Source: a virus (Duplodnaviria > Heunggongvirae > Uroviricota > Caudoviricetes). From it: a stretch of DNA of 64,000 nt. Shown piece after piece: positions 10,860 through 21,066 of this stretch. The notes under the pieces were generated by a model that was not told the origin of the DNA, ran no database searches, and worked only from the letters and a program-made list of their open reading frames with translations. The position numbers were made by a program, and so were the translations under genes. The DNA lies in the IMG/VR virus record IMGVR_UViG_2721755676_000001. One strand, 5' to 3'. Position 1 is the stretch's first letter. Each line of letters begins with the position of its first letter.

Positions 10860-11540
10860 GTGCGGCAACAACAGGACGAACCGGGGCGGTTTTCAATTTG
10901 CAGCCGCCAGGCTGCCGTGGTTCGTCGTCTTGAAGACGGCTCCTACACTATCGAATCAAATTCCAACCTGAATAAGCAGAAGTTGCTTTGTGACATCTGC
11001 GGTATAGCGGCGAAGTGCCCGATCTACGAAACCAGAATTAAACTTGATAAGGCTGGTGTGAATTTTCATTTAAACAGTTGCATCAGGTACGTTCCATTAC
11101 TCGCATTTCGTAAACCGATCATCGGATTGGATGCTCCCTACTTCAACACACTCCGTTCAGGTGTGACGTGGCGAGATCGTTTATCACCAGACAAGCTGAT
11201 TTGCCTCGTATCCGCAGACACAGGGAAAATCATCCGTTTTGGGAAAGTAGACAAGGTTTACTCAGGCCCAGTAGACGAAATGTTGCGGAAACACAGCCGG
11301 TTTAATCATCTCTGTATGGGTGGTGAGAAAATCGAGAAGGTAGAAGAAGTGATCCGCAAATCCTACGGACACTTTCTGACCAAAGATAGCCTGCTCACCG
11401 CAATCTACATCAGACATGTAAAACGTGAGTTCGACCTCGAATACCACAGCGAAGAAGAGCTTAACCTTGTTGACCCACGTCCAAAAGCTGGCGTCATAAG
11501 CATAAACGCAGCGCGTAAAAAGCCCACTGACGCGCTGTAA
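10860..11540 (+). CDS. Hypothetical protein; 5' part may be disrupted by or derived from the IS91-family element
   Basis: 226-aa ORF whose first codons lie in GC-rich IS-like sequence; C-terminal two thirds have phage-like composition. Confidence 0.3.
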   Translation: MRQQQDEPGRFSICSRQAAVVRRLEDGSYTIESNSNLNKQKLLCDICGIAAKCPIYETRIKLDKAGVNFHLNSCIRYVPLLAFRKPIIGLDAPYFNTLRSGVTWRDRLSPDKLICLVSADTGKIIRFGKVDKVYSGPVDEMLRKHSRFNHLCMGGEKIEKVEEVIRKSYGHFLTKDSLLTAIYIRHVKREFDLEYHSEEELNLVDPRPKAGVISINAARKKPTDAL

Positions 11541-11794
11541 CCCTCCAGATCGTATATTGGCGTAGATAGAATCTACGCCTCCTCAAAATAGCTCTCATAG
11601 CGTTCTACAGTGATCCTGTCTTATTTTTAGTCATACAGACAAGCAAAGTTGCGCCACAATAAATAGGTATATACTTACTTATAAATTTTGTATATTAAGA
11701 CGCTCGTTTCATTCCTAACATACCGTTATGCATAGTTGTTTACCTTCTCATTGCTCTTAAAATTTGTATCAAAATAACCACAAAGGAAAAACAC

Positions 11795-12880
11795 ATGACT
11801 TTGCCATACGGCGTCATTTCTGACTGCCACTACCACAAATGGGATGCGTTCTCCACGACGAACGCAGAGGGGCTTAACTCCAGACTTGAAATACAGTTGG
11901 AAGCAACGAAAGAAGCAGCCATCGCCATGAAGAAGGCCGGTTGTAAGTACATGTTGGTTGCCGGTGATACATTTCACGTCCGAGGAACTGTGTCCCCTTC
12001 TGTTTTGCATTACGTAACTGAAACGTACAAGTGGATTATCAACGAGCTTGATCTGACAGTAGTAATGCTGGCCGGTAATCACGATCTTGAAACCAACGAT
12101 TCAGTATATAGCGCCAACGCAGCAGCATCGCTGAGTTCTATCGGCGTGGTAATCGTATGTGGCAAGCGCCCACACTCAATAAAAATTGGTGATGTGACTG
12201 TCCACCTGATTAGCTGGCGTAACAATCATGCGGAGCTTATCAGCGATCTGAAAGCATTACGTAAGAGCGTAGAAGGTGATAACCATGACGTTGTTATCCA
12301 TACATCCATTAACAAAGCCATTCCAACAATGCCTGACGTCGGTATCGATGCGCAGGAGTTAAAGGATATCGGCTTTCGTCTCGTGCTTAGTGGGCATTAC
12401 CACAACCACAAAGAGGTCATTCCTGGAGTTATCAGTGTCGGTGCGCTGACCCATCAAAATTGGGGAGATGTTGGATCTCTGGCTGGTTACATGATCGTAA
12501 ACCCGGACGGCAGTTTCAGTCACTACGAAACCAGTGCGCCTAAATTCATTAACCTGGAAGATTATGTTGCCGATGACCAAATTCGCGGCAACTACGTGCG
12601 TTTCCGCGCCGTAATTGAGAACGATGAAGAAGGCATTAAGTACCAGAACATCCTCAAAACAATGGGTGCAAAAGGTGTCGTGTGCAACTTCATCCGTAAG
12701 TCATCAATGATGGAAGGGACAGCAAGCACAACGGAAACCAGCAAAATCGATAGCCTGGGAGAGTCGGTATCTGCTTATTGCAAGATTGTCCACGATACTG
12801 ACGGCGGATTTGATCTGAGCAAGTTGGATATTTTGTGTCAGGAAATCCTCACCGAAGCGGAGAGTTCGGAGGCTGTGTGA
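11795..12880 (+). CDS. SbcD/Mre11-like recombination nuclease (calcineurin-like phosphoesterase), cf. T4 gp47
   Basis: Motifs SDCHYH, GDTFH, AGNHD, SGHYH; start context AAAGGAAAAACACATG. Confidence 0.8.
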   Translation: MTLPYGVISDCHYHKWDAFSTTNAEGLNSRLEIQLEATKEAAIAMKKAGCKYMLVAGDTFHVRGTVSPSVLHYVTETYKWIINELDLTVVMLAGNHDLETNDSVYSANAAASLSSIGVVIVCGKRPHSIKIGDVTVHLISWRNNHAELISDLKALRKSVEGDNHDVVIHTSINKAIPTMPDVGIDAQELKDIGFRLVLSGHYHNHKEVIPGVISVGALTHQNWGDVGSLAGYMIVNPDGSFSHYETSAPKFINLEDYVADDQIRGNYVRFRAVIENDEEGIKYQNILKTMGAKGVVCNFIRKSSMMEGTASTTETSKIDSLGESVSAYCKIVHDTDGGFDLSKLDILCQEILTEAESSEAV

Positions 12881-12921
12881 GGCAAAGTCGTTATGGGAGC
12901 TTTCGAGACTTTGCCATCACG

Positions 12922-13113
12922 ATGAAAAGACTTGAACGAGGCCAGACGGTGATGTTTCACAAGCCCTACCCGCCACAAGGAAATCCCGTAGCGTTTTATC
13001 TTGGAAGGTTAACCAGAAAAGGCGTATTGAGGCGCAGATCCTTCCCGGCGCATACGGAGTTCAGATTGAAAGAAGGTCAAAAGCTAACACACGGTATCAA
13101 AGGTGTTATATGA
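12922..13113 (+). CDS. Small ORF between sbcD-like and sbcC-like genes (about 63 aa from MKRLERGQ)
   Basis: In-frame ATG inside track ORF 12835..13113; stop overlaps sbcC-like start. Confidence 0.3.
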   Translation: MKRLERGQTVMFHKPYPPQGNPVAFYLGRLTRKGVLRRRSFPAHTEFRLKEGQKLTHGIKGVI

Positions 13114-15026
13114 AGTTTTTAAAGCTCCAGGTTGAGAATTTTATGGCTATCGCCAGCGCGGAGGTCGAGTTAGATCAGCGTGGTTTAGTGCTCATTCAGG
13201 GTGTTAATAGTGATGATAGTTCCGCATCAAGTAATGGCTCTGGAAAGTCAACGCTAATGAATAGCCTGATGTGGTGTCTTTATGGCGAAACAGCTCATGG
13301 TGTGAAGGGGGACGATGTGTTGTCTACCGACCATGAAAAGAACTGTCGTGTTGCAGTAACCATCGAGGATGAAGGCAAGAGATATGCGATCATTCGTCAC
13401 CGTAAACACAAAGAGTTCAAAAATCGGCTTATCGTTCGTGGTGAAGACGGCGATATGACGAAAGGCAAAGATGCGCTGACGCAAGAGTTCGTCGAGCGTC
13501 TGATCGGTGCATCTAAAGAGGTTTTCATGGCTTCCATCTATGCGAGCCAAGAAGCTATGCCAGATTTACCTGGAATGTCCGACAAAAACCTCAAAACCAT
13601 CGTAGAAGAAGCCGCTGGCGTTGACAGACTGACACGCGCCTACGCTATTGCTCGTGAGCGAGCTAATGGAGCTGCCGCACGTATGGATGTGGTTAAAACC
13701 AAATTGGAGTCGACAATCTCGACCATTGAGGCAACACAGTCAGAAATTGAGTCAGCGAAAGCCTCCTCTGAATCATGGGAGCAAGAGCGTTCTAAACGTT
13801 ATGACGATGCCCTGGCTGGGCTGGCCAGTGCCGAAGTTGAGTTAACGGAAGTTGAACTTGAGATCCGCACTCTTCCCGAACAGATCCGTGATACCGAGAA
13901 GGCAATCGAAAGTGAGCGCAAAAAGTTAGCCTCAAAAGAAGAACATGACGCCAAGTTGCTCAAAGTTCGTGGTGCGATAACTGATATTCGGGCAAGCATC
14001 AAAGCTACAGAAAATAGTCAGGCTGATGCAATGAGCCGCGCGCGTAATTTTAAGACCAAAGCAGAAGAGGTTGGTACTAAAGTGGGATCACCATGCCCTA
14101 CTTGTGGCAAAGCCTACTGCGAAGAAGATCTATCAACGGTGAAGGAGAATTTCATTGAACAAGCACGTCAGGAAATTGGTCAGGCGAAGACACTTGCAGA
14201 GGCAATGGCTAAACACAAAACGAATCTTGAGAAAGCGTTAAGCATTGAGTCTGCCCTTGTTAAAACGACACCTGATGTAACGGCTATCATTGCCCGGATT
14301 GAAGAGCTTACGAAACAACTCTCATCTTTGCGTCATCGTGAGAAGGAGGTTGTTGCTATTGAGTCTCTTGTGACTCGTGCTCGTACTGAGGTCGATCGTA
14401 TATCAAAAGAGATTAATCCGTTTATTGCTCTTATCGCCAGACACGAAGATAACCTGGTATCCAGTAAGTCTACCTTCAAGTCCTTAAAAGATGAGTTGAA
14501 GGCTATTCAGGAACAAACGTTGCTATTGGAAAAAGCTCGTCAGGTCTACTCTCCTGCCGGGGTGCGTTCTCATATTTTGACGTCTGTTACGCCTTTCCTG
14601 AATACACGCACTGCCGAGTATCTCAATACGTTGTCTGACGGGAATATTACTGCTGAGTGGTCGACGATGGATGTCACTAAAAAAGGTGAGTATCGCGACA
14701 AATTCAACATTAGTGTGCAGAAGAAAGGTTCAAGTAAGTCGTTCCAAACCCTCTCTGGTGGTGAGAAGCGGAAGGTTCGCATTGCGTGTTCTTTGGCATT
14801 GCAGGATCTGGTTAGTAACCGGGCGAGTAAAAACATCGATTTGTTTATCGGCGACGAAATTGACGATGCACTCGATACAGCCGGTCTTGAACGCCTCATG
14901 GGTATTCTGGAGTCCAAAGCTCGCGAGCGAGGTACTGTGCTGATTATCTCCCATAAAGAGATGAAGTCATGGTTCCGGGAAACTATTACGCTGGAAGTTA
15001 AAGAGGGGCGCAGCTATGTCGTTTAA
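13110..15026 (+). CDS. SbcC/Rad50-like ATPase (638 aa), cf. T4 gp46
   Basis: Walker A SNGSGKST, central zinc hook CPTCGK between coiled coils, signature LSGGEKRK, Walker B LFIGDEIDDALD. Confidence 0.85.
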   Translation: MKFLKLQVENFMAIASAEVELDQRGLVLIQGVNSDDSSASSNGSGKSTLMNSLMWCLYGETAHGVKGDDVLSTDHEKNCRVAVTIEDEGKRYAIIRHRKHKEFKNRLIVRGEDGDMTKGKDALTQEFVERLIGASKEVFMASIYASQEAMPDLPGMSDKNLKTIVEEAAGVDRLTRAYAIARERANGAAARMDVVKTKLESTISTIEATQSEIESAKASSESWEQERSKRYDDALAGLASAEVELTEVELEIRTLPEQIRDTEKAIESERKKLASKEEHDAKLLKVRGAITDIRASIKATENSQADAMSRARNFKTKAEEVGTKVGSPCPTCGKAYCEEDLSTVKENFIEQARQEIGQAKTLAEAMAKHKTNLEKALSIESALVKTTPDVTAIIARIEELTKQLSSLRHREKEVVAIESLVTRARTEVDRISKEINPFIALIARHEDNLVSSKSTFKSLKDELKAIQEQTLLLEKARQVYSPAGVRSHILTSVTPFLNTRTAEYLNTLSDGNITAEWSTMDVTKKGEYRDKFNISVQKKGSSKSFQTLSGGEKRKVRIACSLALQDLVSNRASKNIDLFIGDEIDDALDTAGLERLMGILESKARERGTVLIISHKEMKSWFRETITLEVKEGRSYVV

Positions 15027-15759
15027 ATTAAGCCGCTCGCAGTTTTTGCAGGTATTTGCAGTGATGCAGTCGATAAAACTGATCAATGGGCATACTTCCA
15101 ATGGTGCGGCTCCACGTATTCTATGGGGCAGCAACAATATTGACGGAGTACAATTCGCCGCGTTGCTTGGTCTAATATCCGAGACACCATTGATGCAAAG
15201 TTTGAAATCACTACCACCTGGATGTATTGCGCCGATCCTGATTAATCCTTTTGTTGAGGGGGGATATCTTCCCAACGTCGGGCCTGGGTTTATTGCATCC
15301 CATGAAACTGAAGATCTTAACATTAATAGCGAAGGGTTCTTTGGGGGAATGGGTGCGCATCACTGTATGGCTTTCACGAACCTTATTCGACTTGCCAATA
15401 AGCGGGTGGATAGTTTGGCATCGCCAGGTGATGCTTTTACTGGTTTCCTTATCCAAAGGAGGGATAAAAAGTACAGTGCGGACAAACTACAGTTTGTTGG
15501 TAAGTATGGAGAAATGGTAGAAATCGAACTTCAGCTCCCTCATGTTTTAGCAAACGATAGTGCAGACAGTCGGAGGCTGTTGGGCATCATGCGTCATTTC
15601 ATAGCAAGTGGCGTTAAACATGCCGTAGATAAACGTGTCACGCAGGAAAATGAGTATTCAGACTTTGCAAACTATCCCCAACCAACGTTGCAAACGGCAA
15701 TAGTAGCCAATTCGTTGGAGGCGAGATTATTGGAAAACCCTCTATGGGGAACATGGTAA
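15016..15759 (+). CDS. Hypothetical protein (247 aa)
   Basis: Overlaps sbcC-like stop; no recognisable motif. Confidence 0.5.
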   Translation: MSFKLSRSQFLQVFAVMQSIKLINGHTSNGAAPRILWGSNNIDGVQFAALLGLISETPLMQSLKSLPPGCIAPILINPFVEGGYLPNVGPGFIASHETEDLNINSEGFFGGMGAHHCMAFTNLIRLANKRVDSLASPGDAFTGFLIQRRDKKYSADKLQFVGKYGEMVEIELQLPHVLANDSADSRRLLGIMRHFIASGVKHAVDKRVTQENEYSDFANYPQPTLQTAIVANSLEARLLENPLWGTW

Positions 15760-15768
15760 GGAGACTAT

Positions 15769-16338
15769 ATGAGTAAAAAAATCAGCGTAGTTGGTGTTGA
15801 TCCCTCTATGAGCAACTTTGGGCTTGCTGTGGGCACTTTAGACCTTGAAACGGACGAACTTGAGATTCACGGCCTTACTCTTGTTGAGACTAAAGCGGGG
15901 AGTAACAAAAAGACCGTTCGTGTGAACAGTGACGATCTGCGCCGTGCCAGTGAAATATGGCGTGTTGCGAAGCCAATCATTGATAAGGCGAATATGGTTT
16001 TTTGTGAACTACCGGTTGGGAGCCAAAACTCTCGTTCGCAGACGTCTTACGGTATTTGTATCGGTGTACTTGCGTGTGTGGATAAGCCATTGATCCAGGT
16101 CACTCCAAACGAAATCAAGCATTTTGTTGGCAATAAACTTACTACATCGAAAGAAGAGATTATCCAGTGGGCTACGAAAAAACACCCTAAAGCACCGTGG
16201 CTGCGTCGTAAGCAATCTGGACAGGATGTTCTCGTGAACAAAAACGAACATTTGGCTGATGCGGTGGCTGCCATCCATACCGGTATGCAAACAGATCAGT
16301 TTCGCCAGGTGCGCGATGTTCTCAAGTCTCTCATTTGA
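15769..16338 (+). CDS. RuvC-like Holliday junction resolvase
   Basis: N-terminal VVGVDPSMSNFGLAV and C-terminal NEHLADAVAAIH resemble RuvC catalytic motifs. Confidence 0.7.
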   Translation: MSKKISVVGVDPSMSNFGLAVGTLDLETDELEIHGLTLVETKAGSNKKTVRVNSDDLRRASEIWRVAKPIIDKANMVFCELPVGSQNSRSQTSYGICIGVLACVDKPLIQVTPNEIKHFVGNKLTTSKEEIIQWATKKHPKAPWLRRKQSGQDVLVNKNEHLADAVAAIHTGMQTDQFRQVRDVLKSLI

Positions 16339-16411
16339 TCTCATTGATAGGTAAGTGCTTATCTATTAACATGAGCCACTAAATATAGTGGCCCTCTTTA
16401 TTTGGTGATAC

Positions 16412-18727
16412 ATGATAAGCATCGTAAAACGTAACGGCCAAACAGAGCCGTTATCCGAAGAAAAATACAACTGCGTCGTAATGTATGGCGTAGAAGGCAT
16501 TCGTGGTGTAAGCGCATCCGCTGTAGCAATGGGAGCTGCGGCCAGCATTTTTGATGGGATTACCACCAGCCAGTTGCATGAGGCTTTGGTTAAATCTGCC
16601 GCTGATTTGATCTCACCAGATGCACCAAATTACTCGCAGGTGGCTGCCCGCCTGAACATTTTTAAAATCCGCAAAGATGCCTTCGGTCGTTACGACTATC
16701 CGAACTTCTACCAACACATTATCAAGAACGTTAGCAAGGGCGTTTATGACAAGGATTTGCTGACACATTATTCATTTGAAGAGATCGAAGAACTCGGCAA
16801 TTACATTAAGCCTAAACGTGACGATCTTTTTGGCTATGCGGCTACGGTGCAATTGCAAAGCAAATACCTCGTTCAAAACCGTGTTACTGGTGAGATTCAT
16901 GAGGGGCCGCAACATATCTATATGCTGGTGGGCATGTGTCTGTTCCAGAATTGGGAAGACGACTGCGCTGGCAAAACACGTATGGAGATGGTCAAAGGTT
17001 TCTATGACGTTACAAGTACGTTCAAACTGTCTCTGCCCACACCAATCATGGCCGGCGTCCGTACTCCAACCCGTCAGTTCTCCAGTTGTGTGCTGATTGA
17101 GTCTGGCGATAGTCTGAAAGGGATTAGTGCAGCTTCAGCCGCAATTATCGACTACGTTTCACGTCGTGCTGGAATTGGTATTGGTTTTGGCCGTATCCGT
17201 GCGCTGGGCAGCGAGATCCGCAATGGTGAAGCCACCCATACCGGAGTTATTCCATTCCTGAAGCATTTCCAGACTGCTGTTAAATCTTGCTCGCAAGGTG
17301 GTGTCCGTGGTGGCGCAGCAACAGCGTTTTACCCGATTTGGCATCTTGAAGTTGAAAGTCTGCTGGTGGTGAAAAATAACCGTGGTATCGATGAAAACCG
17401 CGTTCGCCATCTTGATTACGGTGTCATGAGTAACCGTCTGATGTACCGTCGACTCGTCAGAAGCGAGAACATCACTCTGTTCAGCCCGCATGATGTGCCT
17501 GATATGTACGAAGCCTTCTTCACAGACCAGGATCTGTTTGAAAAGCTGTACCATAAATACGAAGCCGATGATTCAATTCGCAAGAAGTCAGTACCTGCCA
17601 TTGAGCTGTTCTCATCTCTGATGCAGGAACGAGCGTCCACGGGCCGAATTTATATTGCGAACGTCGATCATATTAATGAGCATGGCGCTTTCATTCCTGC
17701 TCTTGCACCTGTCCGCCAGTCAAACCTGTGTATGGAGATCACCCTACCCACCCGTCCACTGGCATTTACCGACGACCCGAACGGTGAGATCGCGCTATGC
17801 ACTTTATCCGCTTTTAACCTCGGAGCCATCCGTTCACTGGAGTCTCTTAAAGAGGTGGCGTTCTATGCCGTTGCTGCACTGGATTCGTTACTGGATTATC
17901 AAGACTATCCGATGGAGGCAGCCGAAGTGCCTGCCAAAGCTCGTCGTAGCTTGGGAATTGGTGTAACCAACTTTGCTTATTACCTGGCAAAAAATGGCGT
18001 TCGTTATTCTGATACCGCTGGCAATAAACTGGTGCATGAAACGTTCGAAGCTATCCAGTATTACCTTCTTGATGCCAGCTGCCGACTTGCTGAAGCAAAA
18101 GGTGAGTGTGACTGGTTTGAGCAGACCAAGTACGCAATTGGTCAGTTGCCGATCGACCATTACCGTTCTTCATTAGACGAAAGTGGCGAAACCAACTTTG
18201 AGTTAAAGATGCCGTGGGAAGAACTGCGTGAACGTATTGCAAAATACGGCCTTCGCAACTCCACACTGACGGCACAAATGCCATGCGAGACTTCCAGCCA
18301 GATCACTAATTCCACCAACGGCATCGAACCGCCTCGTGGCCCGGTGTCAGTGAAATCTTCTAAGGACGGCATCGTCAAGATGGTCGTGCCTGAGTTTGAA
18401 AAACTGAAGGAACAGTATGAATACCTGTGGGATATGCCGGACAACCGCGGCTATCTGACAAAGGTGGCGATCATCCAGAAGTTCTTTGACCAGGCTATTT
18501 CAGCCAATACCAACTATGACCCTTCTCGCTTTGAAGGCGATAAAGTCCCAATGATGACGCTACTGTCAGATGTGCTTCTCGCCTACAAGATGGGAGTTAA
18601 AACGCTTTACTACCACAACACCAGAGATGGGGCAGGAAAGCGTGATGACGACGAACCGCAGAATCCACTGACGCAAGCTGTAGCCGTCGAGCCAGAAGAT
18701 GAGTGCGACGGAGCCTGCAAAATCTGA
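16412..18727 (+). CDS. nrdA: Ribonucleoside-diphosphate reductase large subunit (class Ia)
   Basis: 771 aa; ATP-cone start (IVKRNGQTEP), active-site NLCMEI, C-terminal cysteine pair CDGACKI. Confidence 0.95.
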   Translation: MISIVKRNGQTEPLSEEKYNCVVMYGVEGIRGVSASAVAMGAAASIFDGITTSQLHEALVKSAADLISPDAPNYSQVAARLNIFKIRKDAFGRYDYPNFYQHIIKNVSKGVYDKDLLTHYSFEEIEELGNYIKPKRDDLFGYAATVQLQSKYLVQNRVTGEIHEGPQHIYMLVGMCLFQNWEDDCAGKTRMEMVKGFYDVTSTFKLSLPTPIMAGVRTPTRQFSSCVLIESGDSLKGISAASAAIIDYVSRRAGIGIGFGRIRALGSEIRNGEATHTGVIPFLKHFQTAVKSCSQGGVRGGAATAFYPIWHLEVESLLVVKNNRGIDENRVRHLDYGVMSNRLMYRRLVRSENITLFSPHDVPDMYEAFFTDQDLFEKLYHKYEADDSIRKKSVPAIELFSSLMQERASTGRIYIANVDHINEHGAFIPALAPVRQSNLCMEITLPTRPLAFTDDPNGEIALCTLSAFNLGAIRSLESLKEVAFYAVAALDSLLDYQDYPMEAAEVPAKARRSLGIGVTNFAYYLAKNGVRYSDTAGNKLVHETFEAIQYYLLDASCRLAEAKGECDWFEQTKYAIGQLPIDHYRSSLDESGETNFELKMPWEELRERIAKYGLRNSTLTAQMPCETSSQITNSTNGIEPPRGPVSVKSSKDGIVKMVVPEFEKLKEQYEYLWDMPDNRGYLTKVAIIQKFFDQAISANTNYDPSRFEGDKVPMMTLLSDVLLAYKMGVKTLYYHNTRDGAGKRDDDEPQNPLTQAVAVEPEDECDGACKI

Positions 18728-18732
18728 CATAT

Positions 18733-18759
18733 GGTGGGGTGTATCCCCACCTTCTCTTT
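18733..18759 (+). terminator. Hairpin after nrdA (GGTGGGGTGTATCCCCACC) followed by T-rich run
   Basis: Inverted repeat read directly. Confidence 0.45.
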
Positions 18760-18832
18760 GATTTGTAAGCCTTGTTTAAACAAATAAGATAACAACTTGT
18801 TTAAACACATAAAAAAGAAAAAGGAAAAACAC

Positions 18833-19975
18833 ATGTCATATTCAACGTTCCGTTTGGGTGCTAATGATGCAACCAAAGAGCCTATGTTCCTCGGACAATC
18901 TGTCAACGTGGCACGTTACGATCAGCAAAAATACCGTGATTTTGAAAAGTTGATTGAACGTCAATTGTCTTTCTTCTGGCGGCCGGAAGAAGTTGATATT
19001 TCGAGCGATCGTATCGACTTCAACACGAAGCTGCGGGACCACGAACGTCACATTTTTCTGAGCAATCTCCGTTATCAAACGTTACTCGATTCAGTTCAGG
19101 GACGTAGCCCAAATGCAACGCTGCTGCCGCTTATCTCTATTCCTGAACTGGAAACGTGGGTTGAAACGTGGTCTTTCTCTGAGACTATCCATAGCCGCAG
19201 CTACACCCACATTATTCGTGGCATGGTGGACGATCCGAGCATTGTTTTTGACGGTATTGTTACGGATGAAGAAATCATCAACCGAGCGATCAGTATCTCT
19301 GCTGAATATGACAGGCTTTATGGGATGACCTGCGAGCGCCAGTCGTTAGGTGAGAAGGAATTTGAGCGTCTGTACGTAAATGAATATGGCTGGGAGCCAT
19401 ACCCTTTGCATCGTCAGCTTTTCCGCACGTTGGTGTCCATTAATGCGCTTGAGGCGATCCGTTTCTACGTAAGTTTTGCATGTACGTTTGCCTTTGGTGA
19501 ACGGAAGTTGCTTGAGGGTAACACCAAAATTATGCGCTTTATTGCCCGTGATGAAGCTCTGCATTGCGAAGGAACTGAACGCATGATCCGCTTCATGCGT
19601 ACCGGTCGCGAAGGTTTATTGTGGAAAGAGATTGCTGCTGATGAAGAAAACGTCATTTACGACACCATGAAATCAGTCGCCGAACAAGAAATGAACTGGG
19701 CAGACTATCTCTTCAAAGACGGTTCGATGATTGGTTTAAACGCGGATATTCTCAAAACCTATGTAAAATACCGCACCAATCTGGCTATGAATCGTCTTGG
19801 CCTGAAGGCTTTATTTCCAGAAGTTACCACTGACCCGCTGGTCTGGATGAACAAGTGGTTGTTAACCGACACACTGCAAATTGCACCACAAGAGGCAGAG
19901 CAAAGCACATATCTGGTAGGTCAGATCGATTCTACCGTGGATAAGGCTTCTCTAAGCCAGTTTGCAGACCTGTAA
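18833..19975 (+). CDS. nrdB: Ribonucleoside-diphosphate reductase small subunit
   Basis: Di-iron ligand motifs ([19 protein letters not shown]...DEALHC); start MSYSTFRLG preceded by AAAGGAAAAACACATG. Confidence 0.95.
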   Translation: MSYSTFRLGANDATKEPMFLGQSVNVARYDQQKYRDFEKLIERQLSFFWRPEEVDISSDRIDFNTKLRDHERHIFLSNLRYQTLLDSVQGRSPNATLLPLISIPELETWVETWSFSETIHSRSYTHIIRGMVDDPSIVFDGIVTDEEIINRAISISAEYDRLYGMTCERQSLGEKEFERLYVNEYGWEPYPLHRQLFRTLVSINALEAIRFYVSFACTFAFGERKLLEGNTKIMRFIARDEALHCEGTERMIRFMRTGREGLLWKEIAADEENVIYDTMKSVAEQEMNWADYLFKDGSMIGLNADILKTYVKYRTNLAMNRLGLKALFPEVTTDPLVWMNKWLLTDTLQIAPQEAEQSTYLVGQIDSTVDKASLSQFADL

Positions 19976-20052
19976 ACCGATACAAAGCATTATGTGGCCT
20001 GGCAACGCTGGGCCACAATGGATCACAAGAATTAAGAAGGAACAAAACTAGC

Positions 20053-20922
20053 ATGAACTTTACCAAACTGACTGACCACCTGAAACTTGCCACCGATCGA
20101 CTCATTGGATTTAAGCCAGAACCATATGAATTGCATGAAGGCCATGGTGTAGCCACTGAAAGTATTTACAAGATGGTCGATCAGTTTCATGAACTCTTCC
20201 AGCATCCGAGACGCGTTATGCCGACACCAGAGCTGCTTCGTCTCCGTGCAAGCCTGATTCATGAAGAAGCTGTAGTGGAAGGTATTCCAGCCGCAATGAA
20301 TGGGGATATTGAGCAACTGCTGGATGCAATGGCCGACTTTTTATACGTTGGTGTTGGTACGATGGTCGCCATCAAAGGTGGTATTTCTACCGGCATGACT
20401 TATTACACGCAGGAACAGAGCATTGATCGCTTTATGCAGACAATTTTTGTGCCTGGTAACACTGTTTTCGATGATATGGCAATGCCATTTCAGGAAGCTC
20501 GTGAGGCGTCATGTATGCTCGAAGAGCTGGCAGATAAACTTGAGAAGAAGACTGTTAAGGATTCTGAGCTGATTCAGGAACTGCGCCGTGTAATGAACAA
20601 AATCTATGTGGCGTGCATGATGACTTATCGACTGGCTGATTTTCTCGGTATCAATGTCGTCGAGCTGGTTGGCGAAATTCATCGGTCCAACATGACAAAA
20701 TTATGGCCTGCAGATGCCGAAGAGCGTCGCCATGCTGTGGCCAACTGCAAATACGACTCTTCTGACCTGGGATTTCGCCATGCTGATGGCACCGATAAGA
20801 TGATCGGTTTTCGAATTTCCGATGGAAAGATTCTGAAGTCTCCAACCTATAGTGATGTCGATTTATCCTCCTTTGTTGAGCAAGCTAAAGCCTCAGCAAT
20901 GTACGGAATGATCAAAAAATAA
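20053..20922 (+). CDS. Hypothetical protein, possibly MazG-like all-alpha NTP pyrophosphohydrolase
   Basis: EExxxE (HEEAVVE) followed by ExLLDAMADFLYV resembles the MazG/HisE metal-binding pattern; weak. Confidence 0.4.
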   Translation: MNFTKLTDHLKLATDRLIGFKPEPYELHEGHGVATESIYKMVDQFHELFQHPRRVMPTPELLRLRASLIHEEAVVEGIPAAMNGDIEQLLDAMADFLYVGVGTMVAIKGGISTGMTYYTQEQSIDRFMQTIFVPGNTVFDDMAMPFQEAREASCMLEELADKLEKKTVKDSELIQELRRVMNKIYVACMMTYRLADFLGINVVELVGEIHRSNMTKLWPADAEERRHAVANCKYDSSDLGFRHADGTDKMIGFRISDGKILKSPTYSDVDLSSFVEQAKASAMYGMIKK

Positions 20923-21066
20923 TTGTAGGTAGTTATCTATCTGTGTATATTGCGCTGGCGCGTTAAATTTCTGAAACAACTATTCGTTTTTGGTGGCCTA
21001 TGGCCACCATTTTTTTATCTATCTGGCCTTGTTCCCTCAATAAATGTAAACTCACTTAATGAATAA

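Larger units (their letters stand above)
9240..10950 (-). mobile_element. IS91-family (rolling-circle) insertion sequence; boundaries approximate
   Basis: HUH/Y2 transposase gene with flanking GC-rich hairpin-containing ends (e.g. TTCCCACCACTCCGGTGGTTTCCC at about 9296). Confidence 0.5.

Noticed and set aside
17159-18444. Minus-strand ORFs inside nrdA
   Set aside because: Antisense to a confidently identified conserved gene
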